58,932 bases of DNA, from contig CALXCG010000002.1 of assembly GCA_944386745.1 (NCBI GenBank), positions 1-58,932 on the forward strand, read 5' to 3'. How positions within the stretch are numbered: position 1 is the first letter of the stretch; every line of letters starts with the position of its first letter. The notes below the pieces were generated by a model. It worked only from the letters and a program-made list of their open reading frames with translations, had not been told where the DNA came from and did not search any database. This document shows, in pieces, positions 58,637 through 58,932 of this stretch. The position numbers and the translations under genes were made by a program. Source of the DNA: an uncultured Clostridia bacterium (lineage in GTDB: Bacteria > Bacillota > Clostridia > TANB77 > CAG-508).

Positions 58637-58932
58637 ATGGGACAAAACAATGAATTAAAATTATTTGAGGATAAAAAAATTAGAGCAAAATGGAATGATG
58701 AACAAGAAAAATGGTATTTCTCTGTTGTAGATGTGATAGCTGTATTAACAGATAATGATTACCAAAAATCAAGAAACTATTGGAAATGGCTTAAAAATAA
58801 GCTAAATGAAGAAGGTAGCGAACTGGTTAGTAATACTAACCAGTTGAAAATGAGAGCATATGATGGAAAATTAAGAGATACTGATGTAATGACTACAGAG
58901 CAAGTTTTACGTTTAATCCAATCAATACCATC
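58637..58932 (+). CDS. Bro-N-like domain protein, 3' end cut by window edge
   Basis: LFEDKKIRAKWNDEQEKWYFSVVDVIAVLTD...NYWKWLKNKL...QLKMRAYDGKLRDTDV...LRLIQSIP. RBS aaagagg. Open to the window end. Confidence 0.55.
   Translation, partial: MGQNNELKLFEDKKIRAKWNDEQEKWYFSVVDVIAVLTDNDYQKSRNYWKWLKNKLNEEGSELVSNTNQLKMRAYDGKLRDTDVMTTEQVLRLIQSIP

Larger units (their letters stand above)
52166..58932. mobile_element. Integrated mobilizable element (MobV relaxase, oriT-like site, rep-like HTH, cargo operon); right end beyond window
   Basis: It starts where murA homology stops and carries plasmid/IME-type genes. No integrase lies within the visible part. Confidence 0.6.

Overview
Visibly AT-rich, low-GC Firmicutes DNA. 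The gene content points to a spore-forming anaerobe of the Clostridia type (cwlD, pdaB-like deacetylases, pflAB, adhE, dapF-dapL). About 49 kb of ordinary chromosome (approx 2980-52165) lies between two integrated mobile elements that each split a cell-wall gene. On the left, an element ending in two tandem large serine recombinase genes abuts a 5'-truncated cwlD. On the right, a MobV-type mobilizable element starts exactly where murA breaks off at codon 118 and runs past the window end. The core contains a 2741-aa cyclic beta-1,2-glucan synthase-like gene, peptidoglycan enzymes, ruvA and rarA, an ECF sigma module, a HepT/MntA toxin-antitoxin pair, lspA, rluD, rluB, asnS and others. Three non-coding signals stand out. 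(1) A hairpin repeat family, GGGATTT-AGGGGACGGNCC, sits at gene 3' ends and supplies the stop codons of several genes. (2) Two copies of a ~170-185 nt rod-shaped element share identical loop and bubble blocks but have compensatory, non-identical stems; it could be a 6S-like or other structured ncRNA, or a BIME/MITE module. (3) The right-hand element carries an uncharacterised cargo operon that includes a frameshifted repeat-plus-amidoligase-like gene. All functional calls come from motif recognition by eye; no database searches were run.
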